Part shown: positions 23,309 to 33,160 of the stretch, in pieces | Layout of the letters: the number at the start of each line of letters is the position of its first letter | How positions within the stretch are numbered: the stretch's first letter is position 1 | Source of the DNA: Campylobacterota bacterium | Lineage (GTDB): Bacteria > Campylobacterota > Campylobacteria > Campylobacterales > Sulfurovaceae | Assembly (NCBI GenBank): GCA_013607775.1 | Contig: VCAW01000040.1 | Location: forward strand, 1-51,415 | DNA: 51,415 nt | Direction of reading: 5' to 3' | The notes under the pieces: model-generated | What the model saw: only the letters and a program-made list of their open reading frames with translations | What the model was told of the DNA's origin: nothing | Databases searched by the model: none | Program-made: the position numbers and the translations under genes

Positions 23309-23536
23309 TTATTGGCGTTTTATAACCCGATAATATCTTGGTATACAAGAGATAATAAGCATATATACTGCTGCAAGCGCAGCAAATATTGTGACAAATT
23401 TAATCTTCAAAAGTGAGATTAAGAACACTACCAAGGCAAGCAGTATAATCTCTACGGCAAGATAAACTTTTGGTTTATTATTACGTCCTTTTTCTCTTCT
23501 GTCACGTTGACCGATACCTGTAATATGTGTAAACAT
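23309..23536 (-). CDS. Small hypothetical membrane protein (2 TM)
   Basis: AGGAG RBS, basic N-terminus, two hydrophobic helices. Confidence 0.7.
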   Translation of the reverse strand: MFTHITGIGQRDRREKGRNNKPKVYLAVEIILLALVVFLISLLKIKFVTIFAALAAVYMLIISCIPRYYRVIKRQ

Positions 23537-23574
23537 AGTAACTCCTTTAAAAGGTCCTTTATACTAGTATACCC

Positions 23575-24042
23575 TTATTTTTGTAACGTTTCAAGTTTTT
23601 CTTTAACATCCTCTACATGCCCTTTAACCCGTACCTTATCCCATGCTGCAGCTACTTTTCCTTCAGGATTGATGATAAATGTTGAACGAACCACACCCAT
23701 ATACTCTTTACCCATAAACTTTTTAAGTTGCCATACACCAAAGGCATTACAAAGCTCTTTATCTTCATCTGCAAGCAGTGTAATTTTAAGATCTTTTTTC
23801 TCTATAAAGTTTCTATGTTTTTTAGGAGAGTCAGGACTGACACCAAGTACGATGGCATCTAATCCCTCAAAATCAGGAAGTGCTGCTGTGAAATCACATG
23901 CTTCAGTTGTACATCCGGGGGTATTGTCTTTTGGATAAAAGTAGAGGACTACCCATCTGCCTTTAATATCTCTAAAACATATCTCTTCTTCATCTTGATT
24001 TGGCAGACAAAAGTCTGGTACTGCATCACCTACTTGTAACAT
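23575..24042 (-). CDS. bcp: Thioredoxin-dependent thiol peroxidase (BCP/PrxQ)
   Basis: VVLYFYPKDNTPGCTTEACDF active-site motif. Confidence 0.95.
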   Translation of the reverse strand: MLQVGDAVPDFCLPNQDEEEICFRDIKGRWVVLYFYPKDNTPGCTTEACDFTAALPDFEGLDAIVLGVSPDSPKKHRNFIEKKDLKITLLADEDKELCNAFGVWQLKKFMGKEYMGVVRSTFIINPEGKVAAAWDKVRVKGHVEDVKEKLETLQK

Positions 24043-24080
24043 TAACTATCCTTGTATAGATTTTTTGATAGTATAACAGA

Positions 24081-24296
24081 ATGAATATAGAAAATGAACA
24101 AAACAAAGAAAAATTACTTGCAGATATAGAGAAACTCATCGCTTATGGAAGAGATGAACCTACTATGAATCCTGCTCTTTTGGAATACCTCTCCATAGCA
24201 GACCTCACAAATACAAAAGCCAAACTTTTGGAACGTGTGGGGACGCTCAGTGAAGAAGACAAAGCATGGTTAGAGCAGTTTAAGAGGTATAAATAA
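24081..24296 (+). CDS. Hypothetical protein (71 aa), possibly leaderless
   Basis: Clean ORF divergent from bcp; a TATAAC -10-like hexamer sits just before the ATG, no RBS. Confidence 0.65.
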   Translation: MNIENEQNKEKLLADIEKLIAYGRDEPTMNPALLEYLSIADLTNTKAKLLERVGTLSEEDKAWLEQFKRYK

Positions 24297-24301
24297 ACAT
24301 A

Positions 24302-25765
24302 CTATTTCGTTTTACATACCTCTTCATTACCACGCAAATCGATAGATTTGTCAAACTCAATGTTATACTTTTTAAGAATATTACTCTGCTTGGCTTTTGC
24401 CTCTTCACGATTTATAATCACTTTGACCCCATCTTTATCTTCAAGAACCAAATACTTATCGGTAACGGCATTAACCTTTTCATAAAACTCTTTAAAGTTT
24501 TTGAATGTTTGTCCATTGACTTTATCTATGGGCCACATCCCAAAGTCATTGTCTCCTATACTCATATCTGAAGCCAATACCTTAAGAAGCACAACCACTT
24601 CACTCTTATCTTCCTCTTGCCATTTAGATGCCAAATACGAGAGTTTTAGACGATTTCTGCTTGTAGAGAGTATAAGATTTCTAGTCAACGGAGAAAAGAT
24701 ATAGCCACCCAATATAAAATAGGTAGGCATCGTATCATAACGTGTTGTTTTGACCAAATACATATCATCTGCTGTGTTTTTAAGAAGTGCCTCGACATGC
24801 ATAGGCTTTTTATCTCGTATAATATCGAGTCCAACACGCTGACCCATTTGATAGGCATCGATAAAATAATGAAAATACGTATACTCATGCTGTCTGAATT
24901 CTACTGTACCATCATCTTCTATGTTGTGTCCATCTACTGCTGTGAGAATATCACCTTCTTTGAGTATACCATTAAGCGTTGAGTTATGTACCACTTTATT
25001 GATGAGTTTTCCTGAGATATTATCGTCCAAGCCATAGTAACTTCGTATAGCAGGATTTTCAAGTTTTTGTGTACCTAAGCCGATATCTGCCATACCATCA
25101 TAACGACCATCTTTCATATCATCAATAAAATGTTTCACCATACTCACAGGCACCAAATAGCCAATATTTTGTGACTTCGTAATCACTTGCATCACCACAC
25201 CTACTATCTTACCGTTTGAAAGTGCTGGACCTCCAGAGTTTCCAGGGTTTACTGCGGCATCTACCTGCACAGCTAAAAAAGATTCACCACTGTGTGCATA
25301 GACATGATGTTCCACACGTGAAACTACTCCGATGGTAGCAGAAAGTGTAGAACCTCCCATAGGGTAACCATAGACAACTATCTTCTGTTCTACTTCAGGC
25401 AGAGAACCAAAGGTTAAAGGTGTTACCCCCTTAAAGAATGCCTCCTCTTCTACTTTAAGCAGTGCCAAGTCTGCTTGGTGTGATACCGCATAGACTTTAG
25501 CGATATAGCGTTTTCTCTGTCCGTAACGCTGTACTTCTATAAAGGCTTGATTGGCAACCACATGGGCATTGGTTAAGATGTACCCACCTTCTATAATGGC
25601 ACCAGACCCTGTACTGCTTCGCATAGAGCTAGACCATGGAGCTTGGTAGTTGGGTAGTTGTGCGGTGGTATATATCTTGACGATGGCCTGTTTGGTGCTA
25701 TCTTCAGAGTGCGTTTGCGCAGTTAAAAAAAGTGTACTTAATAATAGTGTCAATAATAACTTCAT
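24302..25765 (-). CDS. Secreted trypsin-like Deg/HtrA serine protease with PDZ domains (Deg2-like)
   Basis: Signal peptide; ILTNAHVV, ADLALL, DAAVNPGNSGGP catalytic motifs; C-terminal PDZ-like region. Confidence 0.92.
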   Translation of the reverse strand: MKLLLTLLLSTLFLTAQTHSEDSTKQAIVKIYTTAQLPNYQAPWSSSMRSSTGSGAIIEGGYILTNAHVVANQAFIEVQRYGQRKRYIAKVYAVSHQADLALLKVEEEAFFKGVTPLTFGSLPEVEQKIVVYGYPMGGSTLSATIGVVSRVEHHVYAHSGESFLAVQVDAAVNPGNSGGPALSNGKIVGVVMQVITKSQNIGYLVPVSMVKHFIDDMKDGRYDGMADIGLGTQKLENPAIRSYYGLDDNISGKLINKVVHNSTLNGILKEGDILTAVDGHNIEDDGTVEFRQHEYTYFHYFIDAYQMGQRVGLDIIRDKKPMHVEALLKNTADDMYLVKTTRYDTMPTYFILGGYIFSPLTRNLILSTSRNRLKLSYLASKWQEEDKSEVVVLLKVLASDMSIGDNDFGMWPIDKVNGQTFKNFKEFYEKVNAVTDKYLVLEDKDGVKVIINREEAKAKQSNILKKYNIEFDKSIDLRGNEEVCKTK

Positions 25766-26205
25766 GTGGATTCCTTATACTTCTCTGCATCTATGCAAGA
25801 TATATTACGTTTTTTTGCTTCTTTCATCATAAGACCAGCTTCTTGCGAGGAGAGTAGATTTTTCTCTTCATCATAGAGTTTCGCTGAACATACACCACAA
25901 GAAGGGCTTCTGTCTTTTCCTATCACTAGGTCAATATCTGGATGTGCATCAAAAAATGTATGGGCATAGTCTATCACAGGCTTGGACAAATCTTCCCCTG
26001 TTTCATTGGAAATCGCTTTATCACCATGGGAAGTACGTATGAGATCCATGGTAAGACGTGGCGTTCCAAAAGCATACTCTTCTGGACAAAAAGGGATAAG
26101 TCTATCCCCTTGTAGTTGCGCTATAAGCATATCATTTTTATTATCAGTTGCATCATAACGGCATTTTTCACCTAAAAGGCAGGCAGAGATTGCAATTGTT
26201 TTCAT
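25762..26205 (-). CDS. DUF523 (2-thiouracil desulfurase-like) family protein
   Basis: ISACLLGEKCRYD, PFCPEE, KDRSPSCG; true start probably ATG 26205, coupled to the upstream stop. Confidence 0.88.
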   Translation of the reverse strand: MKTIAISACLLGEKCRYDATDNKNDMLIAQLQGDRLIPFCPEEYAFGTPRLTMDLIRTSHGDKAISNETGEDLSKPVIDYAHTFFDAHPDIDLVIGKDRSPSCGVCSAKLYDEEKNLLSSQEAGLMMKEAKKRNISCIDAEKYKEST

Positions 26206-26684
26206 TACACCATAAAGAGTAAAATATAGACCCAAATACCAGTAATTGCAGTCGCCACTATCCATATAAAAGCACGTACCCCTGCTTTTCTGTGTGCTTT
26301 TGAGTAGAGTCCTGGGAGGGTATGGGCTTTACTGTCTTTTCTCGCAGTAATGAGGGTATGTGTCCAAACAATAAAGCCGATAATAGCTACAGCGATATGA
26401 AAAATAAGTACATAAAAAGCATAGTTATGTGAAACAGAAGAGCCTTGAACAAAACCTTCATATCCACCACCCAAACGCACACCATACTCAAAATACCCTA
26501 CAACAATCACTGCAACCACATAAATAAATGTTTGCGTAAAGGCGTGGGCACGATAGTTTCTCTTTTTAGCAAATGAGATAGCTATCGCTACAAGCAGTGG
26601 TAAAAGTGCCACCATAATCATGACAAAATCCATAAAAAATGGTGCTCTTGTACCTAAAAATCCTGGTTGAAACATATAATCCAT
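26205..26684 (-). CDS. DUF420 family membrane protein
   Basis: Four TM helices with His at helix ends (AHAF, IFHI, AHRKAG) and TGIWVY. Confidence 0.8.
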   Translation of the reverse strand: MDYMFQPGFLGTRAPFFMDFVMIMVALLPLLVAIAISFAKKRNYRAHAFTQTFIYVVAVIVVGYFEYGVRLGGGYEGFVQGSSVSHNYAFYVLIFHIAVAIIGFIVWTHTLITARKDSKAHTLPGLYSKAHRKAGVRAFIWIVATAITGIWVYILLFMV

Positions 26685-26746
26685 GAGACAATCTCCCTAC
26701 AAAATAATTGTAACACTATAGCAAAGCTATATAAAAATTACATATT

Positions 26747-28195
26747 TTAACAAATAACAATAGATTTTACTTCAGTAAACTCTTCAAGTGCCCATTTAGG
26801 ACCTTCACGCCCTACACCAGAGAGCTTTGAACCACCATAAGGTTGTACATCAAAACGCAATGTTGGTATGTCATTAATGACGACACCACCACACTGGGCA
26901 TCATCTATAAATGCCTGAGTCATACGCAAGTCATTTGTAAAGATAGAGAACTGCAACCCATACGGAGAGTCATTCATCTTTTCTACAGCTACTTCATAAC
27001 TTGGTACAGAGACTAAAGATACGATAGGTGCAAAGACCTCTTCACAGATGATTTTCATCTCATCTGTCACATCTGCCATAACTGTAGGAGCGAAGATACC
27101 ATCTATCTCTTTACCTCCTGCTATCACTCTTGCACCTTCATTTTGTGCCGAGGCTACCCATGTTTTTGCTCTGTTTTTAGACTCTTCATCGATGAGAGGT
27201 CCCATAAACGTCTCTTCCTCATAAGGAGAACCCACCTTAAGCAGCGTTGTCTCTTTGGCAATGAGTTCTGCAAACTCCTCATACACCTCTTCATTCACAT
27301 AAATACGCTGTAGTGAAATACAAACTTGTCCAGAGTTATAAAATGCCCCAAAAGCACAACGTTTTGCTGCAACTGCAAGGTCAGCACTTTTGTCTATGAA
27401 TGTTGCTGCATTCCCACCAAGTTCAAGACTCACTTTTTTAATACCTGCTTGTTTGGTAATGATATTTCCTACAGGTACAGACCCCGTAAATGAAATGACT
27501 CTAGGAATGTCAGATTTCACCAAAGTAGATCCTACTTCAGCATCACCGTAGACTACAGAGAGAGCATCTTTGATGGCATACTCAGAGTCTACAAAAAGTT
27601 TGGCAAACATATACGCTACCATCGGTGCCTCTGGTGTTGGTTTAAGCACCACAGTATTCCCTGCACCAAGCGCTGGGGCTATTTTATGTGCAACAAGATT
27701 CAGTGGAAAGTTAAAAGGAGTAATACACGCTACAACACCCACAGGTTCACGTCTATAATATGCCAATGTTTTTTTACCACTTGGCATGATATCTGTAGGA
27801 ATGGTCTCTCCATGAAGGTTGGCAAGTTCCATTGCAGTAACTCTTATAGTCTCCACACAACGCTCTACTTCGATACGCGAAAAAGCAATAGGTTTTGCCA
27901 CTTCACGTGCCAACATCATCGCAAACGACTCTTTCTCCTCAGCCAATCTTTTCGCTACATTTTCAAGCCATAAGATACGCTGAGATAAAGGGGATTTTGC
28001 TGCTTCTTTGGCAACACGCTTTGCAATGTGCAGTGCCATGATAGTATCATCTGCATCACATACAGGAGCTGTACTTACTACTGTACCATCAAATGGACTT
28101 CTGCGTTCCTGTAACTTCTCTTTTGTCTCTTCATTTGAGCCAAAAAATATCTTAGCCTCTGCTACGTCTGATGTGTTGTCAAATATTCGAAACAT
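26747..28195 (-). CDS. Aldehyde dehydrogenase family protein
   Basis: ITPFNFP, SFTGS, LELGGN, SGQVCIS, EEVFAP, PYGGSKLSGVGREG. Confidence 0.95.
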   Translation of the reverse strand: MFRIFDNTSDVAEAKIFFGSNEETKEKLQERRSPFDGTVVSTAPVCDADDTIMALHIAKRVAKEAAKSPLSQRILWLENVAKRLAEEKESFAMMLAREVAKPIAFSRIEVERCVETIRVTAMELANLHGETIPTDIMPSGKKTLAYYRREPVGVVACITPFNFPLNLVAHKIAPALGAGNTVVLKPTPEAPMVAYMFAKLFVDSEYAIKDALSVVYGDAEVGSTLVKSDIPRVISFTGSVPVGNIITKQAGIKKVSLELGGNAATFIDKSADLAVAAKRCAFGAFYNSGQVCISLQRIYVNEEVYEEFAELIAKETTLLKVGSPYEEETFMGPLIDEESKNRAKTWVASAQNEGARVIAGGKEIDGIFAPTVMADVTDEMKIICEEVFAPIVSLVSVPSYEVAVEKMNDSPYGLQFSIFTNDLRMTQAFIDDAQCGGVVINDIPTLRFDVQPYGGSKLSGVGREGPKWALEEFTEVKSIVIC

Positions 28196-28342
28196 GTGTG
28201 CCCTTATTAGTTTTATAATTATAATGATTATAACAAATTGAGGGTATATCTTTTATGAAGTAATTTTAAAAATGTAAATTATGAGAAAGAAGTGTTCAGA
28301 AAGAAGCAATCCTTCTTGAGGATTGCTTGATATTAAGTCATT

Positions 28343-29164
28343 TTATTTTGAAATTGTTTTTACTGAATCATTTGTATTTGTAGCTACAGAGTTTACTGAA
28401 TCAGATGTACTTATTGAAACTGATTTAACAGATGTCGAAGCATTGTCATTTACTGATTTTACAGATTTGCTTGTGTCATTTGAAACTGTTTTAACAGAGT
28501 CATTTGCATTTGTTGCTACTGATTTTACAGAGTCAGCTGAGTTATTTGAAACAGACTTTACAGAATCTTTTGAATCGTTAGATACAGTTTTTACAGAATC
28601 AGCAGAATCATTTGATACAGTACTTACAGTACTATTTAAATCATTTGATACATGTTTTACAGAATCTCTTGAGTCATTAGAAACAGTTTTTACTGTGTCA
28701 GATGTGTCTTTAGAGACAGCCACTGCAGAATCTTTCATCTCTTTAGAAGCGATTGTTGCAGAATCTTTAAGATCTTTTGTTGTGTTAGTCATCGCATCTT
28801 TTGTATCTGTAGATACAGAAACTACAGTGTCTCTAGAGTCAGTTGATGTTGCTACTTCAGATGTTTTAAGATCATCAGACACTTTTACAGAAACATCTTT
28901 ACCATCTTTACTTACTGTAGTCACAGTTCTTTCAGCTGATTTAGTTGTTTCAACTGCACCATCTTTAAGCCCAGTAAGTGTATCTTTAGCATCTTTACTC
29001 ATGCTAATGATTGTATCTTTAAAATTTTTAACCATTGAGTTAAAATCACCATCATTTTTTACGCTCTCAGTTACTGCTTTAGTCTCTACTTTTGGCGCTT
29101 CTTCGGCGTGAATGCTTGTCAATAATGCAGCTACTGCTACAGAAGTTGTAATAATTTTGTTCAT
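28343..29164 (-). CDS. Secreted low-complexity protein built from 11-residue repeats (273 aa)
   Basis: RBS and ATG at 29164, signal peptide MNKIITTSVAVAALLTSIHA, repeats such as SADSVKTVSND, SKDSVKSVSNN, SRDSVKHVSND. Confidence 0.8.
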   Translation of the reverse strand: MNKIITTSVAVAALLTSIHAEEAPKVETKAVTESVKNDGDFNSMVKNFKDTIISMSKDAKDTLTGLKDGAVETTKSAERTVTTVSKDGKDVSVKVSDDLKTSEVATSTDSRDTVVSVSTDTKDAMTNTTKDLKDSATIASKEMKDSAVAVSKDTSDTVKTVSNDSRDSVKHVSNDLNSTVSTVSNDSADSVKTVSNDSKDSVKSVSNNSADSVKSVATNANDSVKTVSNDTSKSVKSVNDNASTSVKSVSISTSDSVNSVATNTNDSVKTISK

Positions 29165-29257
29165 GTTTGTATCCCTTTTGTTTTTTGAATATGTAATAAT
29201 AACCAAAAAGGGTTAATTAATAACTTAAACTTATTATATTAAATACTTTTACTTATG

Positions 29258-30004
29258 TTATTTAAATACTAGATTATCAAAACCTTCATATTTTGAAAAA
29301 GAAAGTTGATACAAACTCGCTAGTAAATTTGGAGAAATCATACTTAATTCTTCAAAAACACTATTTTGTATGGATGTTTGTTCTAAAGTACTTATTACAT
29401 CATCTAAAACCTTTGGCAAAGATTCACAAAGTAACTTAAATGCCATACTCTCACCAGTGACAATTTCATAAAACTTGTCTATAGAGGCACGTCTAATATA
29501 TTCATGTTTACGAGACAGACCATCCAATGAAACCTGCCAAGGTATATTTTGACTCTTTTTCGCAATAATTTCTACTAACATACATCTATTCTGTGCATCA
29601 TCAAGTAACATACCTTGCATTTTCATATAGGTTTTTTGCGAAGAGGAGGAGTTCATCGTATTATGTTTATTTTTCATCTCTACATAAATTTTTTCTTTTT
29701 TATTTATAAGATCAAAACCATAATCTGGCACTTCCCAATCACTATCAATATACTTAAAAATATTTTGATGAAAATAGCCAATATGATTTGTATTGGATTT
29801 ATCCATCTGGCGGATAATTTCAAGTTCGATAGTTTCTTCCAAGCTTTTCCCATAAATTTTACTATCAAACGTAAGCTTTATAGGGTCAATCAAGTTTTTA
29901 TTAAACTTTTTCAAATCAATAGTAAAACGATATTTTTCTACTGTCTCTTTAACATGCGTAAACAGATCCTCATCACCAATAAAACCTAAATTATATTTTG
30001 GCAT
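29258..30004 (-). CDS. Type II restriction endonuclease, Eco47II family
   Basis: IDPIKLTFD, NHIGYFHQ, PD-(D/E)xK-like GFDL...YVEMKNKHNTMNSSS; overlaps the MTase stop. Confidence 0.85.
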   Translation of the reverse strand: MPKYNLGFIGDEDLFTHVKETVEKYRFTIDLKKFNKNLIDPIKLTFDSKIYGKSLEETIELEIIRQMDKSNTNHIGYFHQNIFKYIDSDWEVPDYGFDLINKKEKIYVEMKNKHNTMNSSSSQKTYMKMQGMLLDDAQNRCMLVEIIAKKSQNIPWQVSLDGLSRKHEYIRRASIDKFYEIVTGESMAFKLLCESLPKVLDDVISTLEQTSIQNSVFEELSMISPNLLASLYQLSFSKYEGFDNLVFK

Positions 30005-31088
30005 TTTCTAACTTTTCAATTTGATTGAGTGCTTTTATAAGCGAAGTACCTAGTGCAAAAGCCAAATTTACAGGAACTGCATTGCCTATCTGCTTGTATT
30101 GCTGTGTCATTGAACCTTCAAATATCCACTCATCAGGAAATGTTTGTATTCTCGCATATTCACGTACTTGAAACGGACGTGTTTCTTCAGGATGACAACG
30201 TTCAGTTTGTTTCTGTGCGGGGGAACAAGTAAGCGTAAGACATGCTTCATCCCATGCTATGCGCCTAGCAATACCTGTCTTTCCTCCACCCAAATAAAAA
30301 CTTTTCATCATATACTCTTTTTGAAGCTTCAAAGGTAAATCTCTCCAATACCCACCAGCAGGTACAAGATCAAGTACTTTTTTCTTTTTTTCAGGATACT
30401 CTTGTCCTTGTGACAGAGGAACATCACAAGTAAAAAGTTCCCCTTTTTTGAGTGCATCTTTTAAAGTATATAACTTTTCACTGGCTGTTGGCCATTCAAA
30501 TGTTACTTTGGAGGCATACTCTTTTTTAATACCTACAATAAACACTCTTTCGCGCTTTTGTGGCACATGATAATGAATTGCTTTAAGGACTCTAGGCTCT
30601 AATACTTTATAGCCCATAGACTCAAAAACCTCAACCATCGTTTGTAAGGTACGCCCTTTATCGTGTGAAAAAAGACCTTTTACATTTTCTGCTAAAAAGA
30701 GTTTAGGTTCACTCTCTTTAAGCGCACGTGCAAACTCATAAAAAAGTGTTCCACGGGTATCTTCCATCCCCATCTTTTTACCTGCATAAGAAAATGTCTG
30801 ACATGGAAACCCTCCTGTAAGTACATCTACTTTGCCTCTATAGGGTTTAAAATCAATCTGACCTACATCACCATGTATGACATCCCAATGTGGTCTGTTC
30901 TTTTTGAGTGTTTGCGTGGCATAACGGTCAAAATCATTGAGTAAAAGATGATGCAACCCAGCTTTTTCCATGCCTAGAGCCATACCGCCTGCACCTGCAA
31001 AGAGTTCTATGCTTTGGTATACACGTAAAGGTTGCATGAGTGATACCAAATGGTTTGATAGTTCTATAGTAGATTGTGACTCACCCAT
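29991..31088 (-). CDS. DNA (cytosine-5) methyltransferase
   Basis: C5-MTase motifs ELFAGAGG, GGFPCQTFS, ENVKG, QKRER, YKQIGNAVP. Confidence 0.96.
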   Translation of the reverse strand: MGESQSTIELSNHLVSLMQPLRVYQSIELFAGAGGMALGMEKAGLHHLLLNDFDRYATQTLKKNRPHWDVIHGDVGQIDFKPYRGKVDVLTGGFPCQTFSYAGKKMGMEDTRGTLFYEFARALKESEPKLFLAENVKGLFSHDKGRTLQTMVEVFESMGYKVLEPRVLKAIHYHVPQKRERVFIVGIKKEYASKVTFEWPTASEKLYTLKDALKKGELFTCDVPLSQGQEYPEKKKKVLDLVPAGGYWRDLPLKLQKEYMMKSFYLGGGKTGIARRIAWDEACLTLTCSPAQKQTERCHPEETRPFQVREYARIQTFPDEWIFEGSMTQQYKQIGNAVPVNLAFALGTSLIKALNQIEKLENAKI

Positions 31089-31169
31089 AATATCCCTTTT
31101 TTAATTTAACATATTATACACAGTAAGTCGTTATAAGACAATTTTTATTGCAAATTGACATATTTTTTA

Positions 31170-31409
31170 TTATTTTTTACGAGAAGAGGAGCAAGACCCA
31201 CCCTCACAATAACTCTTTTTTAATACAAATTTATAGACCAAGTCTTTCACAAATAGAATCAGACAAAATACCCATAAAATATTCATAATAATATTGTCTT
31301 TGTAGTCTAGCCCGAATCGAAGTAGAGGCCATCCGAAGAGGATGATGTATTTCATGTAGTAGAAAAAGAGTATCCCTACTCCATAAATTTCTTTAATAAA
31401 CTTAGGCAT
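31170..31409 (-). CDS. Small hypothetical membrane protein at the end of the nap operon
   Basis: Probable start ATG 31409 overlapping the upstream stop; two hydrophobic stretches; C-terminal CEGGSC. Confidence 0.6.
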   Translation of the reverse strand: MPKFIKEIYGVGILFFYYMKYIILFGWPLLRFGLDYKDNIIMNILWVFCLILFVKDLVYKFVLKKSYCEGGSCSSSRKK

Positions 31410-31719
31410 TAAAATTCGGGGTACCATCTGGCATATGTGTGGCATTCTCTTTTTGTGCTTCAAGTTCGGCTTCATATGCCATAATCTGCATACGCACTTC
31501 GTTTATCTGTTCTGGCGTGACATTGTCTTCTGTTGACCATGTTACTTCAACCTCACCACCATACTCTTCACCCATCATCTCTATTTTTTGTGCATATTCA
31601 TTGATGTCAAGACAAATCACCCGTGCATTCTCTTCACTGTCTTCTTTCATCATATCAGAAAGCTCTATATACCAACGTCCCATTGGGTTTGACTTTATAA
31701 CTGACTCTATCACTACCAT
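31402..31719 (-). CDS. Acidic hypothetical protein (105 aa)
   Basis: Abuts the napD stop; clean ORF. Confidence 0.75.
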   Translation of the reverse strand: MVVIESVIKSNPMGRWYIELSDMMKEDSEENARVICLDINEYAQKIEMMGEEYGGEVEVTWSTEDNVTPEQINEVRMQIMAYEAELEAQKENATHMPDGTPNFNA

Positions 31720-32088
31720 CTACACACCACCCATAAAGTCTTTTTTCTTCAAGTCACCATTGTACTTAATATCACGGATGTCTATGTTTTCATCTGCAAG
31801 GACTTCAGGTACAGCATCAGCAGCATTCAGCTCTTTAATAGCATCATCCAACTCTTCTTGATACGTCTGCATCATGTCTGCCGCGAGTACACCTTTTGTT
31901 GTTTGAATGCGTACGAGTTTTTTAATCTCTTCTTCTACACCTGCACCTTCTACCGTGACTATCATCTTTCCTTTTTCTTTCTCTCCAAAGTGGTAATCAC
32001 ACACACCTGACGCCTCTAACTCTTCTTTCACCGCATCATAATTTTCTGGTTTTACTTGTACTACTATACTTGATATATTCATTTTCAT
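31720..32088 (-). CDS. napD: NapA chaperone NapD
   Basis: MNISSIVV...GKMIVTVEG...GVLAADM pattern; position in the nap operon. Confidence 0.9.
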   Translation of the reverse strand: MKMNISSIVVQVKPENYDAVKEELEASGVCDYHFGEKEKGKMIVTVEGAGVEEEIKKLVRIQTTKGVLAADMMQTYQEELDDAIKELNAADAVPEVLADENIDIRDIKYNGDLKKKDFMGGV

Positions 32089-32112
32089 TTCCTCTTATTT
32101 AATTGCAAAGGT

Positions 32113-32196
32113 AACCTATGTGCAAAATATACAGGATGCACCCTATCCTCGAAGAGGACGCTTGCGTTTGCATCCTGTATATTTTGTGCATAGGTT
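32113..32196. repeat. Long intergenic palindrome (REP/MITE-like) between napL and napD
   Basis: 28-bp arms aacctatgtgcaaaatatacaggatgca / tgcatcctgtatattttgtgcataggtt (2 mismatches) around an inner hairpin tcctcgaagagga. Confidence 0.8.
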
Positions 32197-32203
32197 GACT
32201 CCA

Positions 32204-33160
32204 TTATGATAACTTCCACATCATCACTACACTATTATTACTTGAAGCGAACACAGTCTGTTCATCTTCAAATATTATACTATTTAATGTACTATGTTGC
32301 CCTTTAAGTTCTGCTATTTTTGACTTGTCATTTCTGTTGTATAAGGTAATAGTATTCTCTTCATTCATTGTAAATGCCACCTTTTTTGTACTAGGACTAA
32401 GCCCTGTAGCATAGATGAAAAAGTCACTCGATATATAACTTCCTTTTCCTGTATTGACATCATATAGTGCTGCTCGTCTGTCTTGTCCAGCTGCACTGAC
32501 AGTATCTTTTTTAAAGTCTACCATATGTACATTGTCCAAGTTTTGCCCCTGAAGTACTTTAACCACATGCCCCGTCAAAACATCTACAACATTCAACACA
32601 CCACTTTCACAGGCAAAAACTACTTGCTTCTTCGTTTCATTCAATGCAAAATCAGAAAACTTAGATTCACTCAACTGTACACGGTAAAGCTCTTTTGATT
32701 TTTTTAAATCATAGAGTGCTACTTCATTACTTAAATACCCAAATAACAGATGTGTACTATCTATAAAGCGTACTTTTACTATCACTTTTTTATCTTTGGC
32801 TGAAATGATTTGAGTTGTTTTTCCATCTTCATCTATCCACACATTAACATAGCCACCTTCCCCACTGTCACTCAAAAGTACATATTTATTCTCTATAGTA
32901 TCTACAGAAAAAACTTTAGGAGGCATCAAATCGCCCATAAAATCTTTCACTTTTGGTAAAGCAATCGTTTTTGTAAATTTTTGTTCTTTCAGATTATAGA
33001 CCTTTAATGTACCATTGTCTGTACCTATCACTAGAGTACCCTCGTGCAGAACCATATCTTTCACACTGGCATTGACATCCAACTGCCATGTAGGAGTCAA
33101 TACAGGCGTAGCATAGACAAAGTGTACACTTAGCAGTAAAAGTATAAGATATTTTATCAT
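32204..33160 (-). CDS. napL: Periplasmic WD40-like nitrate reductase accessory protein NapL
   Basis: Signal peptide, beta-propeller/WD-like repeats, position before napD as in Campylobacterota nap operons. Confidence 0.82.
   Translation of the reverse strand: MIKYLILLLLSVHFVYATPVLTPTWQLDVNASVKDMVLHEGTLVIGTDNGTLKVYNLKEQKFTKTIALPKVKDFMGDLMPPKVFSVDTIENKYVLLSDSGEGGYVNVWIDEDGKTTQIISAKDKKVIVKVRFIDSTHLLFGYLSNEVALYDLKKSKELYRVQLSESKFSDFALNETKKQVVFACESGVLNVVDVLTGHVVKVLQGQNLDNVHMVDFKKDTVSAAGQDRRAALYDVNTGKGSYISSDFFIYATGLSPSTKKVAFTMNEENTITLYNRNDKSKIAELKGQHSTLNSIIFEDEQTVFASSNNSVVMMWKLS

Noticed and set aside
28343-28800. 33-bp periodic repeats as a CRISPR array
   Set aside because: Repeats are degenerate, contiguous, in frame within a CDS and have no unique spacers; no cas genes.
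28323-29111. 262-aa plus-strand ORF
   Set aside because: Antisense shadow of the repeat protein; the minus-strand gene has the RBS and signal peptide.
31410-31475. ORF-track start at 31475, and similar over-long starts at 2015, 26265 and 29206
   Set aside because: They overlap upstream genes or lack an RBS; downstream ATGs with RBS or stop-start coupling fit better.
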